DNA of 63,957 bases, filler included, from Octopus bimaculoides (GCF_001194135.2; 5 parts of 5 records of this genome joined end to end with filler, not necessarily neighbours in it); one strand, 5' to 3'. Shown: positions 41,739-54,475, counted from the whole stretch's first letter. Numbers and translations: made by a program. The notes: generated by a model not told the origin, from the letters alone.

Positions 41739-42796
41739 GAGAGTTTTAACAGTCAAACATCAATTTCTCAACATATCATTAATTCTCTGTTACCTACAAT
41801 TGTTTCCATACATAAATCATTCAATTACAAATTAATAAATATTAAAGTTGTGTTTTGAACATAGTGAGTTAAATACTTCATTAGGGTGAGAATTAAACAC
41901 AAAAGGAATCACATCATAATTGATCTGGTGATCATCAACAGACTCAATATGTCAATATTTGTATATATATGTGTGCATTCGCATGTTAATATTTTTAAAA
42001 AACCGTTATATATGTATATATGTCTTTTGTTCTTATCTATTTGTGCGCATGTGCATGTTAAATTTATTTGCATGTGTGCATGCTAATATTTAAAAAAAAA
42101 ACTTACTTGTGTATATGCTTTTGTTTTTATTTTTTATGTGTTTATGTGAAATATTTTTATCATTAGACAAATTTTGAAAGTCAATATATTATTATTATCC
42201 AAATATATCTTAATTATTTTATATATTTTCGACTTTTTAATACAATTTTATTTTAATTATACATAATAATACGTATTCATACCTATTAAATTATCCAATT
42301 TATATTTTAATCTACTTGTTATTTTATTTTATTTTTATTAATAGTTTTTAAATACATATTTGTATGAATGTGGATAAACCTTTTTCATACTTACTGTTAA
42401 AATGCCTGCAAGTAGATTTTAAAATTTAGAAGATTTCAGCAATACATAGATTACAACAGGTATCAGCTATTTTATAGTATCTAGCACGGCTAATTATTTC
42501 TCACTTTAGGTTAAACTCCTTACTTTTGTCCTTTAATTCCCAAATAAATATGCTTAGACGGGTGCTGGTTGATTTATTTTTGTTTCTAAAGGTGTTTTCG
42601 CAGTTGGCGTTTCTTCTCTTCGCAAAATTTTATGTGGTACCTATGATTCTACATTTTTCTGTTCGCAAACATTATTATGTGGAATGTTATCTTTAAATTT
42701 GCAACCACAACCAATGTTTTTCTTTTTCTCTATAAATCTGTGGTCAATATAAATCATGTCTGTAGCATTATTTAAGAAAAAAAATCAACATGCACA

Positions 42797-42842
<46 letters not shown>

Positions 42843-43036
42843 CGAGTATTGACATGATGTGATTCCTTTTATGTCTAATTCTAATTCTCACCCTGATGAA
42901 CTATTTAGCTCACTATTTTCAAAATGCAACTTTAATTTATTAATTTGTATTTGAATGAGTTAGGTATGGAAACAATTGCAGGTAACAAAATTGGTGATAT
43001 GTTAAAAAATGGAGGTTTATCTGTTAAAACTCTCCC
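41739..43036. mobile_element. Foldback-type non-autonomous DNA element with long inverted arms
   Basis: 41739-~41920 (GAGAGTTTTAACAG...AAAAGGAATCACATCAT) is the reverse complement of ~42858-43034. Weaker arm similarity continues inward; AT-rich spacer. Confidence 0.8.
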
Positions 43037-43038
43037 TT

Positions 43039-43075
<37 letters not shown>

Positions 43076-43695
43076 AATAGGAAAATGAAAAATAATAATA
43101 AGGCAGAATGCTAAATTGAAATGCTAAGTTTAAGAAAAAGAGAAAAGGAGCTAAAAGTTTATGTGTTAAGCAGGAAGTGTGGTGTCAAAACAGGAAGTGT
43201 GTGTAAGGGGAGACAAATCTTTTTAGATGGACTCCAACTCTCAATTTTCCTGCATCCTTATTTTTCCAACCATTATCTAACTGGATTACCATTGAACTTT
43301 AAAAGCTCAAAGACAATATAATGTATTGGTATATTTATTTTTTTATATATTATTTTTTTCATATATTATTTTTTTCATTTTTTACTTTTTTGAAAAAACA
43401 TTTTCATTCTCCCTCTTCTTGAAAATTTGCCATTCAATGAANNNNNNNNNNNNNNNNNNNNNNNNNNNNNNNNNNNNNNNNNNNNNNNNNNNNNNNNNNN
43501 NNNNNNNNNNNNNNNNNNNNNNNNNNNNNNNNNNNNNNNNNNNNNNNNNNNNNNNNNNNNNNNNNNNNNNNNNNNNNNNNNNNNNNNNNNNNNNNNNNNN
43601 NNNNNNNNNNNNNNNNNNNNNNNNNNNNNNNNNNNNNNNNNNNNNNNNNNNNNNNNNNNNNNNNNTATATATATAAATGCATATATATATATACA

Positions 43696-43747
<52 letters not shown>

Positions 43748-43789
43748 TATATGCACACACACACACACACACACACCTAGCCTTATGAA

Positions 43790-45978
43790 TATATGTATGT
43801 TTTCTTAGAGTTTTATTTAAGTTGTTCTTAATAGAGTTCAAGCCAGTTGCTAACAAAGTGAGAAGACTTTCTGAGTTAAGAGAGTTCCTGGTGTTTGTAA
43901 ATATGTGGCTGAGTTGGTGTGTTGATTGAGCTCTTGATGCACATACAAAGGTGTGTACATCTATTCACATAATAATTTTATATTGGAGAATCTTTGAATG
44001 TCTCACAAATCTTCACTGTGTCACTGATTGATTGGATTTAGAAAACTGATGTCAGTTTCTTTTGCTCTTTCTTCAAAAAGCCTAGTATTTCTAGGTTTTT
44101 GTCAGGGTACAAGTTCTACGTTAATTCACCATAAATGTTCTCTTTTTCCTGGACATTTTCCTGGTACATTCACATCAGCTGGGCAGCTGACCTCAACAAC
44201 AATGTTGGACTTTTGTTCCTTGTCCCACAGGCTAATATAAAGTCTGTTATGTTTGCACTGAATTGCTGTTTTTATTGGAGTGCTCCATCAGTACCCCTTG
44301 TTTTCAAAAGTGTGAATATGAGGTGCTATCAAAAGGTTCCTGGACTAGCTATGTTTAATAAAAAATATCTTATTTACCTAAGTTTAACATCACCTCCTTT
44401 GAAATAGTCACTTTGTGCAGCAATACACTGGTCCCAGCATTCCTGCCACTTTTGGGATCTGGCTTGCAAGTTGTTTTCTGTAAGCGAGACAAGGAACTTC
44501 TGCGATTTGCTCTGGATCTTGACAATGGTGTTAAAACGGTAACCTTTGAGCTGCATTTTCATCTTGGGGAAGAGATGGAAGTCTGCAGGTGCTAAATCTG
44601 GCAAATTGGGCTGATGCAGAAGTGATACCATGTTGTTTTTGGCAAGAAACTCACAACTGAAGAGAGCTTGGTGAAGAATCCAATTCTTCACGCTCTGCAG
44701 ATCCGGTCACTTTTGCTGAATGGCCTCCCTCAAACACTTCAAAACATTGCAGTAGAACTCTTGATTGATGTTCTGGCACTGGGGATGAATTCTCAATGCA
44801 TTATACCACATTTTGGGGGTGATGCTTGTGGCAGGTCTTCCAGATTGATCATTGTCTTCCGAAGACATTATTCCACTTTTCAAACACCCATGCCACACAA
44901 AACTGCTTTGTCACCATAAGCTTGCCGAAGCATGCTCAATGTCTCTGTAGCATTCTTCCCAAGTTTAATACAAAATTTTATGTTGGCTCTGTGTTCCTGT
45001 CCATGACAAAATCTGCAGACTACAGCATAACCATGATTACAAGAACACAAATTTCACAACTCGCAAAGTAAACACACCAATGTTGCTCAGTACACTGCCT
45101 CATGAAGGTCACTGTTAACCCTCACTGCACACACAACTGTGTGCTGCTATCTGTTAGTGTGCTACAGAACTAGTCTGGGAACTTTTTGATACCACTTCAT
45201 ACAAGCTGGTTCTGACATGCCTTTGATGTATACATCAGAGCAATCCTTTCTGCAGATAGCATTGTAAATAGTCTTCACAACTATATCATGCTTCAAAGCA
45301 GGTTGTATCTCACAGACATTTTGGGGAAGCTGCTGATGATGTGGGTGATATCTTCTGCACTTGTATAGCAGAGCTGACATCTTTTATTACAACTTGACGG
45401 TTTGCTGATATCCTTGTCCCTCTTGTTTATCAGGTATTTAGAAGCTATCTCCTGTTCCTTCTATGTGGGATGTAATGTTTCTACCACATTTCCACAAGAG
45501 TTTAGGCTTCCTGTAAATGCTGTTGTTGCATTCTAGCTTAGAAGGTATGTACCTATGCTTTGCTTTTTGTTGGTATAGTAGTTGCTTCTCTTCCAAGCTT
45601 CAGTTTAGGTAGGCCATTCCAGCCTTTTTTGGGTTGCATGAGACAGTTTTATTCTCAGAGTACCTGCACAGTAGTTCTTCTCCAACTCTGAAGATGTTGT
45701 TACTTTCACTTTTGAGTATGCACGGAATGTACTCCTTTCTTTTCTCACTATTCAGCAAGTGTTTTCGGAATGATACAATACGACACTCAAAGCCTGTTTG
45801 AACTGACCTTCTACCTTTACTACTTTGTGTATCTCATCAAATGTCCAGTCCGATACTCCAAATGTTGGTAGTAGTACTGTATGTATGCATATGTGCTCAC
45901 TTCTCTTTTTATTAACAGTCTCTGTGTAAAAATGGAACTGGTTTCTAACAAAGATACAAAGCTTCATCATTGGAATAT
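43790..45978 (-). mobile_element. R4/Dong-like RLE non-LTR retrotransposon relic 1 (5' truncated)
   Basis: Minus strand: VLLPTFGVSDWT (late RT/thumb-like), EQEIASKYL, CQLC...EDITHIISS (zinc knuckle), KHDIVVKTIY, KHNR...VVEVSCPADVN (RLE); then a 3' UTR with AATAAA running into (TG)n. Confidence 0.8.
44319..45199 (-). mobile_element. Internally deleted mariner transposon (881 bp) nested in relic 1
   Basis: TIRs TGAGGTGCTATCAAAAGGTTCCTGGACTAG / CTAGTCTGGGAACTTTTTGATACCACTTCA with TA at 44317-44318 and 45200-45201. Transposase remnants SGRPATS and HQPNLPDLAPADFHLFPKMK...W..C....DYFKG. Confidence 0.92.
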
Positions 45979-45989
45979 AAATAACAAAA

Positions 45990-47100
45990 AAAATAAAATA
46001 ACATTTTGAATCCGAGAAAAGTTTTGTATATTTTTACTGTTCCATGTATTTTGTAATGGATGTTTTAGCTGGTTTTCTGTGAACCCCAGCTTTTCCAGAA
46101 TGTCATTTGACAATTACTCACAAAACCAAGTTCACCAATTATTATTGGTATATCAATTTATAATGTAGGTATGAAAGCTGAAAGTTTTGAAGCAGTTGTC
46201 TGTAATTATCCTTTTCCTCTTTGATTTTCAAAGAAATATTCTCATCAGCAGGGTAACTATCTTTATAATGGTACATACTTTTTCTTGTCTGTCCCAAAAA
46301 ACTATATCCAGCCTGTTATGTTTAAAGAGAATTGATACTTATGTAAGTATTCAATAGCAAGGAGAGGTTCTCTATATTTATCCCAGAGTAGTCATTCTTT
46401 TCAGATTGTGCTGTATATTGTGTTAGCAACAGTGTTATGTTGCATTGGGAAGGAGTTTATTCATTAATAACATTTGTCTGTGAACATGGTGGAACAATAT
46501 CATGATGCCTATTTCAATCATGCTCTAAGTATTTGATTGATTTAATATTGATACCCTTATTTATGTCTCTTGTTATGATTTAGGCTTGTCAGAGATGGTA
46601 TACAGAAGGATGTCCAGATACTTTTTGGCAAGTGTTGAGACATACTCTAGTATGTTTTATGTTTTGAGGAGCTAAAACCCATTGAAACCCAGGCTGTCAC
46701 AGAAAGTAGACTTTTGGAACAATGCAATGGCACTCAGTTTCAGAATTTGTATAGTTTACAGTGCTAAAGTTTGGTACCAGCCCTTCCAAACTTCCCAGAT
46801 ATATGACTGCACATCACTCTCTTCATCATAATAGAGATATAACATCAAAACTTTCAACTTTTAATAGCTCATCTGCAGCATGGAATTAATCTTTTTGTGT
46901 GGGCCCTTTAGATTGTAGGTATTGTCTGGTAAGTTATGCTGAAGCACCACTTCAAACACTTTTTGTTTGTTATATTTAACAAAGTACTTAAATTAAATCT
47001 TTAGAATGAAGCTAAGTAATTCAGTACTTAATTACCATGGGATATTTTGTTTAGTGTCTTCTCTTATTAAATTTAGATGTCCATTGAGATCTGATGATGT
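45990..47100 (-). mobile_element. R4/Dong-like RLE non-LTR retrotransposon relic 2 (more decayed)
   Basis: Minus strand with frameshifts: RHHDIV, KHNRLDIVF-DRQEK, SYPADENISLKIKEEKDNYRQLLQN, IIIGELGFV. The upstream boundary is uncertain. Confidence 0.65.
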
Positions 47101-48304
47101 GTGCTGCTCATAATAAATGTACACTAATTGATCCATAGCAGCCTTAACCATGAGCCCAAGGTGTTAAAAAGACTTGGACATATGGTGTAATTAAGCACTC
47201 ACTAGACAAGGTCATTTGGTGCTATTGATATCTGAATAGGAGGACAAAGGTTTAGGTCTTCAAGTCTCCTTGTCTTACTCTACAGTTAAAAGACTTGGTC
47301 ACTGTTCAGAACCCATAGGAGTCACCTGAACTCATTTAGTATTAGGTTGCTTCACAGGATTAAGGGTTTCATTGGCTGGGTCTGGTATCCAACCAATGGC
47401 TATACTCAGAAACTGGGATGCATCCTGTTACTTGTATATAGAAACATCAGCTCACACTGTTTGATCATGTTGCTCTATTTTCCAAGTTAGATCCTTCATA
47501 CTGTGTTCTATTCTCGGAGGAGGTCTGACTGGGGTGACAGCTCATAATGGTTGATCACATGTTACATGTTCACAGTGGATGAGAAAGTATCTTGTGGAGA
47601 CTGACTGGGACACTGCTCAGGGGGCTTCCTGGAATGACCCAAGCAAATACTGACGAATGATGGATACAGTAATGCGCTGCAATGGCGCATTCCTACATTC
47701 CTGACCTGATAATATGCAACAGAATTGTAAAAACAAAATGGAAGGATGGTACATAGTTAAAAATATAATATTTAATAGATAAGTTAGTGTTAATACATTC
47801 AATGCGTTGAGCATGAAAAGTCTAATTAGAATTACTTATCTGGTGAAAAAAAGACATAGTGCAATGACTTGTATTATTTTGATCACTGGGATATGTACAA
47901 GTGAGAAATTTAGGTATGTTTCAGTCCTACTGGATGTTTTCAGTGAAGAAACTTTAAACAGATATAACATATTGTACATGTGAAAAAAGTTTATTTTTAA
48001 AGAGACTAGGTTGGAGTCTATAATTTACTGAGGATGTTTAACAGAACCAAAATACATTTGAAATTGACTCCTGTAGTTTTCAGAATAATTAATATATGTC
48101 ATTGAACTTTATTTTTTTTATTTCACCATATAAGTATTTGTAAATAGATTTTTTATGCTGACTACAGTATATATGCTAACACTAATTCACCTATTGTTTT
48201 CATGCAGAATGTGGCTGAGTAATTAACACCAACCATTGATTTTTTAATATGCTAATATTTCATGCTACTCATGTACAGTATTAACTTAAGTAGTTTTTTT
48301 CATA

Positions 48305-48339
<35 letters not shown>

Positions 48340-48597
48340 TGTGTATGTGAAATACATACATATATATACATATCAGCTTTTACATGTAACAGAGAGTAAA
48401 ATGTGTACTTATAATATAAATGACTCATTAATAATGTAGTTAATCACTATGTTTCAACAAAATGTGCAGGAAAATAACAAATCAAGATGCAGGCAGGACA
48501 GTGATAGTGATCAGTAATTTAGTGTGACAATATACATAACACTTCTTTGCATGGGTGAAGATGTGTCTACAAATATCTCAAATGTGTGCATTTGTAT

Positions 48598-48648
<51 letters not shown>

Positions 48649-49189
48649 GCTTTTAAAATTAAGTTGCTATTTAAAGACATGAAGAAATCTTTTGCACAAG
48701 CTTGAAAATCTCTGATGTGATTTCACAATCAGGACATTACAATATGCCATGCTACAATAACATATGCTCAAAATTGCATACTTTAATTCATGTGCAAGTT
48801 ATTTCTTACTTACATCTTTTTTCCTTAAGACCTTGAGACATAAAGTGCTGTTTGTTTCATTAGATGTCAAACAAGGTGGCTATAAAGTAAATAAAAAGTT
48901 GAGCAGATTCAAAAAGCAATTATTTTCAAAATATCATTTCTTTCAACCTATTGTTTGAAAACACGGTAAACTTGATAGTTTAATTATTAGAGAGGATATG
49001 ACAATGTGCAATCTTGTTTTTAGTAAGATTGGAAGAATATTTAAAAGAATGATATAATCAAATAACGACTCTTGTAAATTTATGGAACATGCATTAGCTT
49101 ATACATTAATGTCATACTTCCATTTTCATATGCAACAGCAAACTAAAGCAGTTATAAAATGGTAGATAATAGGGTACTATAAGCACTAA

Positions 49190-49995
49190 AAATGCAAAGA
49201 CTCCCTCAAATACTCAAGGAGATCATGAGAAGTAGTAGATAGCTTCTGTTACCTAGGTGACCAAGTTAGCAGTGGAGGAGGAAGTTCTATCAGTGTTGTC
49301 GCTAGAATAAGAATAGGCTGGGCAAAGTTCAGAGAACTTCAACCTTTGTTAGTCACTAAGAGCCTCTCTCTCAGAATGAAAAGTAGATTGTATGATGCCT
49401 GTGTACATACAACTAAGCTATATGACAATGGAACATGTATTGACTACAGAGGACTTGCAAAGGCTTGAAAGAAATGAAGCTAGCATGGTTAATGTCAGTG
49501 TTCCAACACAACAGAGTGTAAATGATCTAAGAGAAAAACTGGGTATAAGAGGCATCAGGTGTTGTGTACAAGAAAGAAGACCGTGCTGGTTTAGTCATAA
49601 GATGAAGACCACTACATAAAGAAGTTCTGAGCTATAATTGAGGAGGAAACCTGTGGAAGGAGTAGACCCAGGAAGATGTGGGATAAAGTGGTGAGAAAGG
49701 CTCTTTGGATGCTGGGAGTTGTGGTGATTTGCTGTACTTGAGAAGACACATCAAACTAAGTAAAATCAATGTCATCCATACATACATACTTGTCCTTTAT
49801 GGGTGCCGGTACCACATAAAATGCAATTGTGCTAGTACTACATAAATGCACCCATGCTGGTGGCAGGTAAAAAGCACCCAGCACTCTCTGTAAAGAGGTT
49901 GGCATTAGGAAGGACATCCAGCCATAGAAATCATGCTACAATAGACAACTGAAGTCTGGACCGCTCTCCAGTTGGCCAGCTCCTGTCAAACCATC
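49190..49995 (+). mobile_element. RTE-clade LINE 3' fragment with 3' UTR
   Basis: EVVDSFCYLGDQVSSGGG, ARIRIGWAKFRELQPLL, LQRLERNEASM, LREKLGIRGIRCCVQERR; tail AAAAGCACCC...TTAGGAAGGACATCCAGC. Confidence 0.85.
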
Positions 49996-50015
49996 CAAAT
50001 AATAGATGTCTGGAA

Positions 50016-50363
50016 AAAGAACATGAACCCCAATGGAGTAACAAAGACATATATTGGATTGACAGGCAACTCATTCAAGGAAAGGTACATACAGTATCTA
50101 ACGTCATTCAGAGACAAAAATAAAAAAACATGAAACTTCCTTATCCAATATGATATGGTTAATGAAAGCAGGAGGAGGAAGCAACCCCCAGATAACATGG
50201 AGCATTATTGCTAAAACCAGAAACTACAGTGGGTGGGGTATCAAATGTGAGCTTTGCTTTACTGAAAAGCTAAACATCATCCAATCAGAAGATAACATCT
50301 TAAACATTAGGGATTAAATCTTCTCTCCCTGCATGCATAAGCAATATTTTATACTCTGACATT
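50016..50363 (+). mobile_element. Penelope-like element GIY-YIG endonuclease C-terminal fragment
   Basis: TKTYIGLTGNSFKERY, frameshift, then HETSLSNMIW...ITWSII...KCELCFTEKLNII...LNIRD*IFSPCMHK. Confidence 0.85.
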
Positions 50364-50550
50364 TTGAAGAGTATTGTCATGGTCCCTGTTAGTGTATATG
50401 TTTTCATTTATGTGTATTAGCAACAGCATTACACCAGTTTAGCTCTTATTTCTAGCAATGTCATTGTTTTCTAACACCCTAGTCACATTTTGTGACAATT
50501 ATAATTCTCCTTTTTGGTGAAAAATTGCAAACTGCTGTTTATATTACTTA

Positions 50551-50600
<50 letters not shown>

Positions 50601-50700
50601 NNNNNNNNNNNNNNNNNNNNNNNNNNNNNNNNNNNNNNNNNNNNTTAATTAATTAANNNNNNNNNNNNNNNNNNNNNNNNNNNNNNNNNNNNNNNNNNNN

Positions 50701-50972
50701 CTCCACGAGGCTCCGGCAGGGGATGGTGGCGAACCCTGCTGTACTCTTCCACCACAACTTTCTCTCACTCTTACTTCCTGTTTCTGTTGTGCCTGTAATT
50801 CAAAGGGTCAGCCTTGTCACACTGTGTCACGCTGAATATCACAGAGAACTACGTTAAGGGTACACGCGTCTGTGGAGTGCTCAGCCACTTGCACGTTAAT
50901 TTCACGAGCAGGCTGTTCCGTTGATCGGATCAACTGGAACCCTCGACGTCGTAAGCGACGGAGTGCCAATAA
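50701..50972 (+). mobile_element. SINE family A, young copy (5' part in gap)
   Basis: Near-identical to 59498-59770; CpGs retained. Confidence 0.9.
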
Positions 50973-51505
50973 CCCACGTTTGAACTACCCTGCATTATTT
51001 TCTACAATTTAGGTGAATAATGCACATTTTTTAGCGCCAGTCAAAGTTATTATCAACTTTTAAAAAAAGATACATTTATTATTATACTTGCTATAAAAAA
51101 CGATTATATAAGAAAAAAATTGTAAACTGACCGCCCTAACGTGACCAATCAATGTAAAAAAAACCTTTTGAAGATTTGCCTAAGAAAACGGTTATTCCCA
51201 GCAATAAAAAATGTCTTGTTTTCATGCCTATTTACTGCAGCATTTTCGTGCAATCTTTGAGTGCACTCAACAGCTGATTGAGTAAAGCTCACATGTGAGT
51301 ACAACTCATCTCACTTCTCGCACTGCTCAACAGGCACCAATATCGATTTTCGAAAGAAATAAGTAGATGGGATCCTTGCTGGGTGGCAGACGAAGCTATG
51401 TATAAAATTTCAACGAAATCGAATGAAAGGTTCAGAAGATAATTGTGGTCGTATGGAATTGTCCGCACACACACACACAAACATACACACAGAAAACTTC
51501 AGCTT

Positions 51506-51539
<34 letters not shown>

Positions 51540-51541
<2 letters not shown>

Positions 51542-51668
51542 ACAAGTTTCTTTCTGTCTTTGTCCCCCAAATCCACTCACAAGGCTTTGGTCTGCCCAAG
51601 GTTACAGCAGAAGACACTTGTCCAAGGTTCCACTCAGTGGGACTGAACCTGGGGCCATGTGGTTGGGA
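51540..51668 (-). mobile_element. SINE family B, 5' half
   Basis: AAATCCACTCACAAGGCTTTGGTC...GAAGACACTTGTCCAAGG...GGGACTGAACC. Confidence 0.8.
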
Positions 51669-52109
51669 ATTTTTCTGTCAGTTGAAAATAGATTGTGAAT
51701 GTGTATCATATACAATGCATGTACACAGAGAAATATGTCCAGTATATTATATGTGATACACTAGAAAAACAAAAGGATTACGGGAGAGTTAGCAGTTATT
51801 TCTAGTACACTAAACTATCATGTAAAGGCCTCCTTCATTGGCTCATACATAAATTAGTAGAATGTGGTTTAACCCATTGCTTGTCCAAAGCATTTTCATA
51901 AGTTTATCCTTAGCGTCCATGCTTATTTTCAGAATTTTAGTTAGCCCTTGTTTAATTCATTCTGAATAATATAAAGCTTTCCTTTCATAAGTTTCAAGTT
52001 TCTCTATTGGTTGAAAAGAAATTAGGAACATCTATCATATATGATCAATGAACGTCAAAGCAATATGTTCTGTATATTGTTTGTGATACACAAGACAGAC
52101 AAAGGATTA

Positions 52110-52510
52110 AATCATCATCCTCCTCCTCATCATCATCATCGTTTAACGTCTGCTTTCCATGCTAGCATGGGTTGGACGGTTTGACTGAGGACTGGCGAAC
52201 CAGATGGCTGCACCAGGCTCCAATCTGATTTGGCAAAGTTTCTACAGTTGGATGCCCTTCCTAACGCCAACCACTCCGAGAGTGTAATGGGTGCTTTTAC
52301 ATGCCACCGGCACAAGGGCCAGTCAGGGGGTACTAGCAACGGACACGCTCAAATGGTGTTTTTTACGTGCCACCTGCACAGGAGCCAGTCCAGCGGCACT
52401 GGCAATGACCTTGCTCGAATGTTTTTTCATGTGCCAGTAAGGCGACGCTGGTAATGATCATGCTCAAATGGTGCTTTTTACGTGCCCCTGCACAGAAGCC
52501 AGACAGCTGC
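52110..52510 (-). mobile_element. RTE 3' UTR or RTE-tailed non-autonomous element ending in (GAT)n
   Basis: Reverse complement of ...TTAGGAAGGGCATCCAACTGTAGAAAC...GGAAAGCAGACGTTAAACGATGATG; internal short tandem units also seen at 60120-60290. Confidence 0.8.
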
Positions 52511-52585
52511 TCTCTACCCCAGAATTTCACTGGTACTTTATTTTATCAACCCCAGAAAAATGAAAGATAATGTTAATCTTAGTCT

Positions 52586-52850
52586 TCTATAATAATAAAT
52601 GCGAAATTCTGTCTGTCCGGGACCCTTGCATCTCAGTCTACATTTGCTTTCCATAGACACATTATACCTTTTTGGAATCAGAATGACTGTGGGGATGGAA
52701 AATCTGCCCTTCATTTGATTCTTGGACTTCCAGCATCGGGGGTCAGGTCTGGATGAGGATTTGTTATATGCTAACAGTTGAAAATTCAAATTTTAAAAAA
52801 AGACTCCAAAAATCTGTGAACTTACAAGTTTTTCATTCAGCACAATGAAC
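52586..52850 (+). mobile_element. Possible non-autonomous Helitron 5' end
   Basis: Begins TCTATAATAATAAATGCGAAATTCTGTCTGTC, resembling Helitron 5' termini; no 3' end found. Confidence 0.3.
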
Positions 52851-52854
52851 AAAC

Positions 52855-53042
52855 TGCTAAGTGCTATTTTTCCTGTTGCTACATTCTGAATTCAAATTTG
52901 ACCGAGGTCAACTTTGCATTTCATCCTTTCAGGATCGATAAATTAAGTACCAGTGAAACACTGGGGTCGATGTAATTGACTAGTCTTAGTCCCCTCCCCC
53001 AAAATTACAGGCCTTGTGCCTTTAATAGAAAAGATTATTATT
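52855..53042 (+). mobile_element. SINE family C copy
   Basis: TTCTGAATTCAAATT...TTTCATCCTTTCAGGATCGATAAATTAAGTACCAGTGAAACACTGGGGTCGA, tail ending AAGATTATTATT; same family as 63230-63445. Confidence 0.85.
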
Positions 53043-53176
53043 GCTCTCTTTAATTTTGGGCCACAGGCCCAATTAGCCCTCCACAGGAGCTAGCTTAAAA
53101 GTCTGCATAGAGTGTGGCTTTTAAGGTAGTCTATTATAATTTCATTGACATCAAGGATGTTTTATAGCAAAAATAA

Positions 53177-53403
53177 CCCTTTACATGCCCAAAGATTTTC
53201 ATATGGCTGTCCTTAGCACCCATGCTTGTTTTCAGGTATTTAGTGAATCTTTGTCTCATGTGCTCAGAGTAAAATGTAAAGATTTCCTTTCATAAGTCCC
53301 ACCCTAAAGGCTGAAATAAATTGGTAATGTGTATTATATATAATGCATGATTGGCAGGTAAATATGCCCTGTGAATCACATGTGAGACAAGGTGGGTAAA
53401 AGG
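53177..53403. mobile_element. TTAA-type (piggyBac-like) MITE, decayed
   Basis: ATAA-CCCTTTAC ... GTAAAAGG-TTAA; subterminal GTCTCATGTG / CACATGTGAGAC. A related partial copy starts at TTAACCC (51869). Confidence 0.5.
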
Positions 53404-53859
53404 TTAAAAATTGAAGACAGAAAAGACGATTGTAGAAGGCAGAAAAGAGAAACACGACAATGGAGACCAAGAGATGGAGGACTGACAAAGAAAAACATGG
53501 CAGGCAACAAAAGGTAAAATAATGTTGTTAAAAATGGGTGAAAAAGAGAAAAAATAGAAGATTATTAAAGAGAGATAGATTGACAGATGTCTGAAGATGT
53601 AGACAAAGTAGATATGTCAAGAGATATACAGTATAATATTGTGAATTAATAGTTTCAAACTCAACTAGTTGTTGTCTTTGTTAAAGATATGTATTATAGG
53701 AGAGAGATGTAGAAGTTTTGAAAATATTTCCTCGATAAGATCATCATTAAAAGTTTTATAGTTAATAAAATATAGTGATTAGAATACAGAAAGCAGAAAA
53801 TAAAAGATGGCAAATGATAGAAAATGGCAGAGAGAAGAGAGACAGGAAGAAACAGGTAG

Positions 53860-54475
53860 CAGAAGATTGAAGAAAATTTGAAGATTTATGATGGAAAAGA
53901 AGAGGGAGATTAGAAAAAAAAGGAAGAGAGATGTTAATTTAGAGAGAAGAGTATAAAAGAATGTAGAAGAGAGAAAGAGGAGCCGACAGAAGCAGAAGGT
54001 AACTGGAAGAGAAAAAATTTATGATGGAAGATTGGAGTAAGATGAATAAAATTGGAAAAAAAATAACTTATGAAGACCGACATAAGTGAACGGGAATTGT
54101 AAACTGTAGAAAATAGAGAAGAAATGAGCAGAAGACAAAGAAGACAGAATGTAGGGAAGTGAAGAAAACGGGAAAAAGCAGACAATTGAAGCAGAAGGTA
54201 AATGGAAGAGAAAATATTTATGATGGATGATTGAAGTAAGATGAACAAAACTCAATAAAAATAACAGATGGTGACTGACACAAGTGAACAGAATTGTAAA
54301 CTAGAAAATAGAGAAGGTGTAATGTCAGGAACGAGAATAAGACAGAATGTAGGGAGATGAAGGAGACAGGAGAAAGCAGATGATAGAAGCAGAAGGTAAA
54401 TGGAAGAGAGAATACTTAAGATGGAGGATTAAAGTAAGATGAACAAAACTGAAGGAAAATAACCCTTTTGGACAA
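53860..54475 (+). repeat. Purine-rich tandem repeat, ~199-bp unit, about 3 copies
   Basis: Anchor GAAGCAGAAGGTAA at 53989, 54188 and 54386. Confidence 0.8.

Noticed and set aside
47655-47705. Possible SECIS element (ATGA...AA...hairpin...TGA)
   Set aside because: Helix II forms only about 3 base pairs; the geometry does not fit.
48180-48225. Possible 11-nt micro-exon (TTTTCATGCAG|AATGTGGCTGA|GTAATT)
   Set aside because: Such short signal pairs arise by chance in AT-rich DNA; no supporting evidence.
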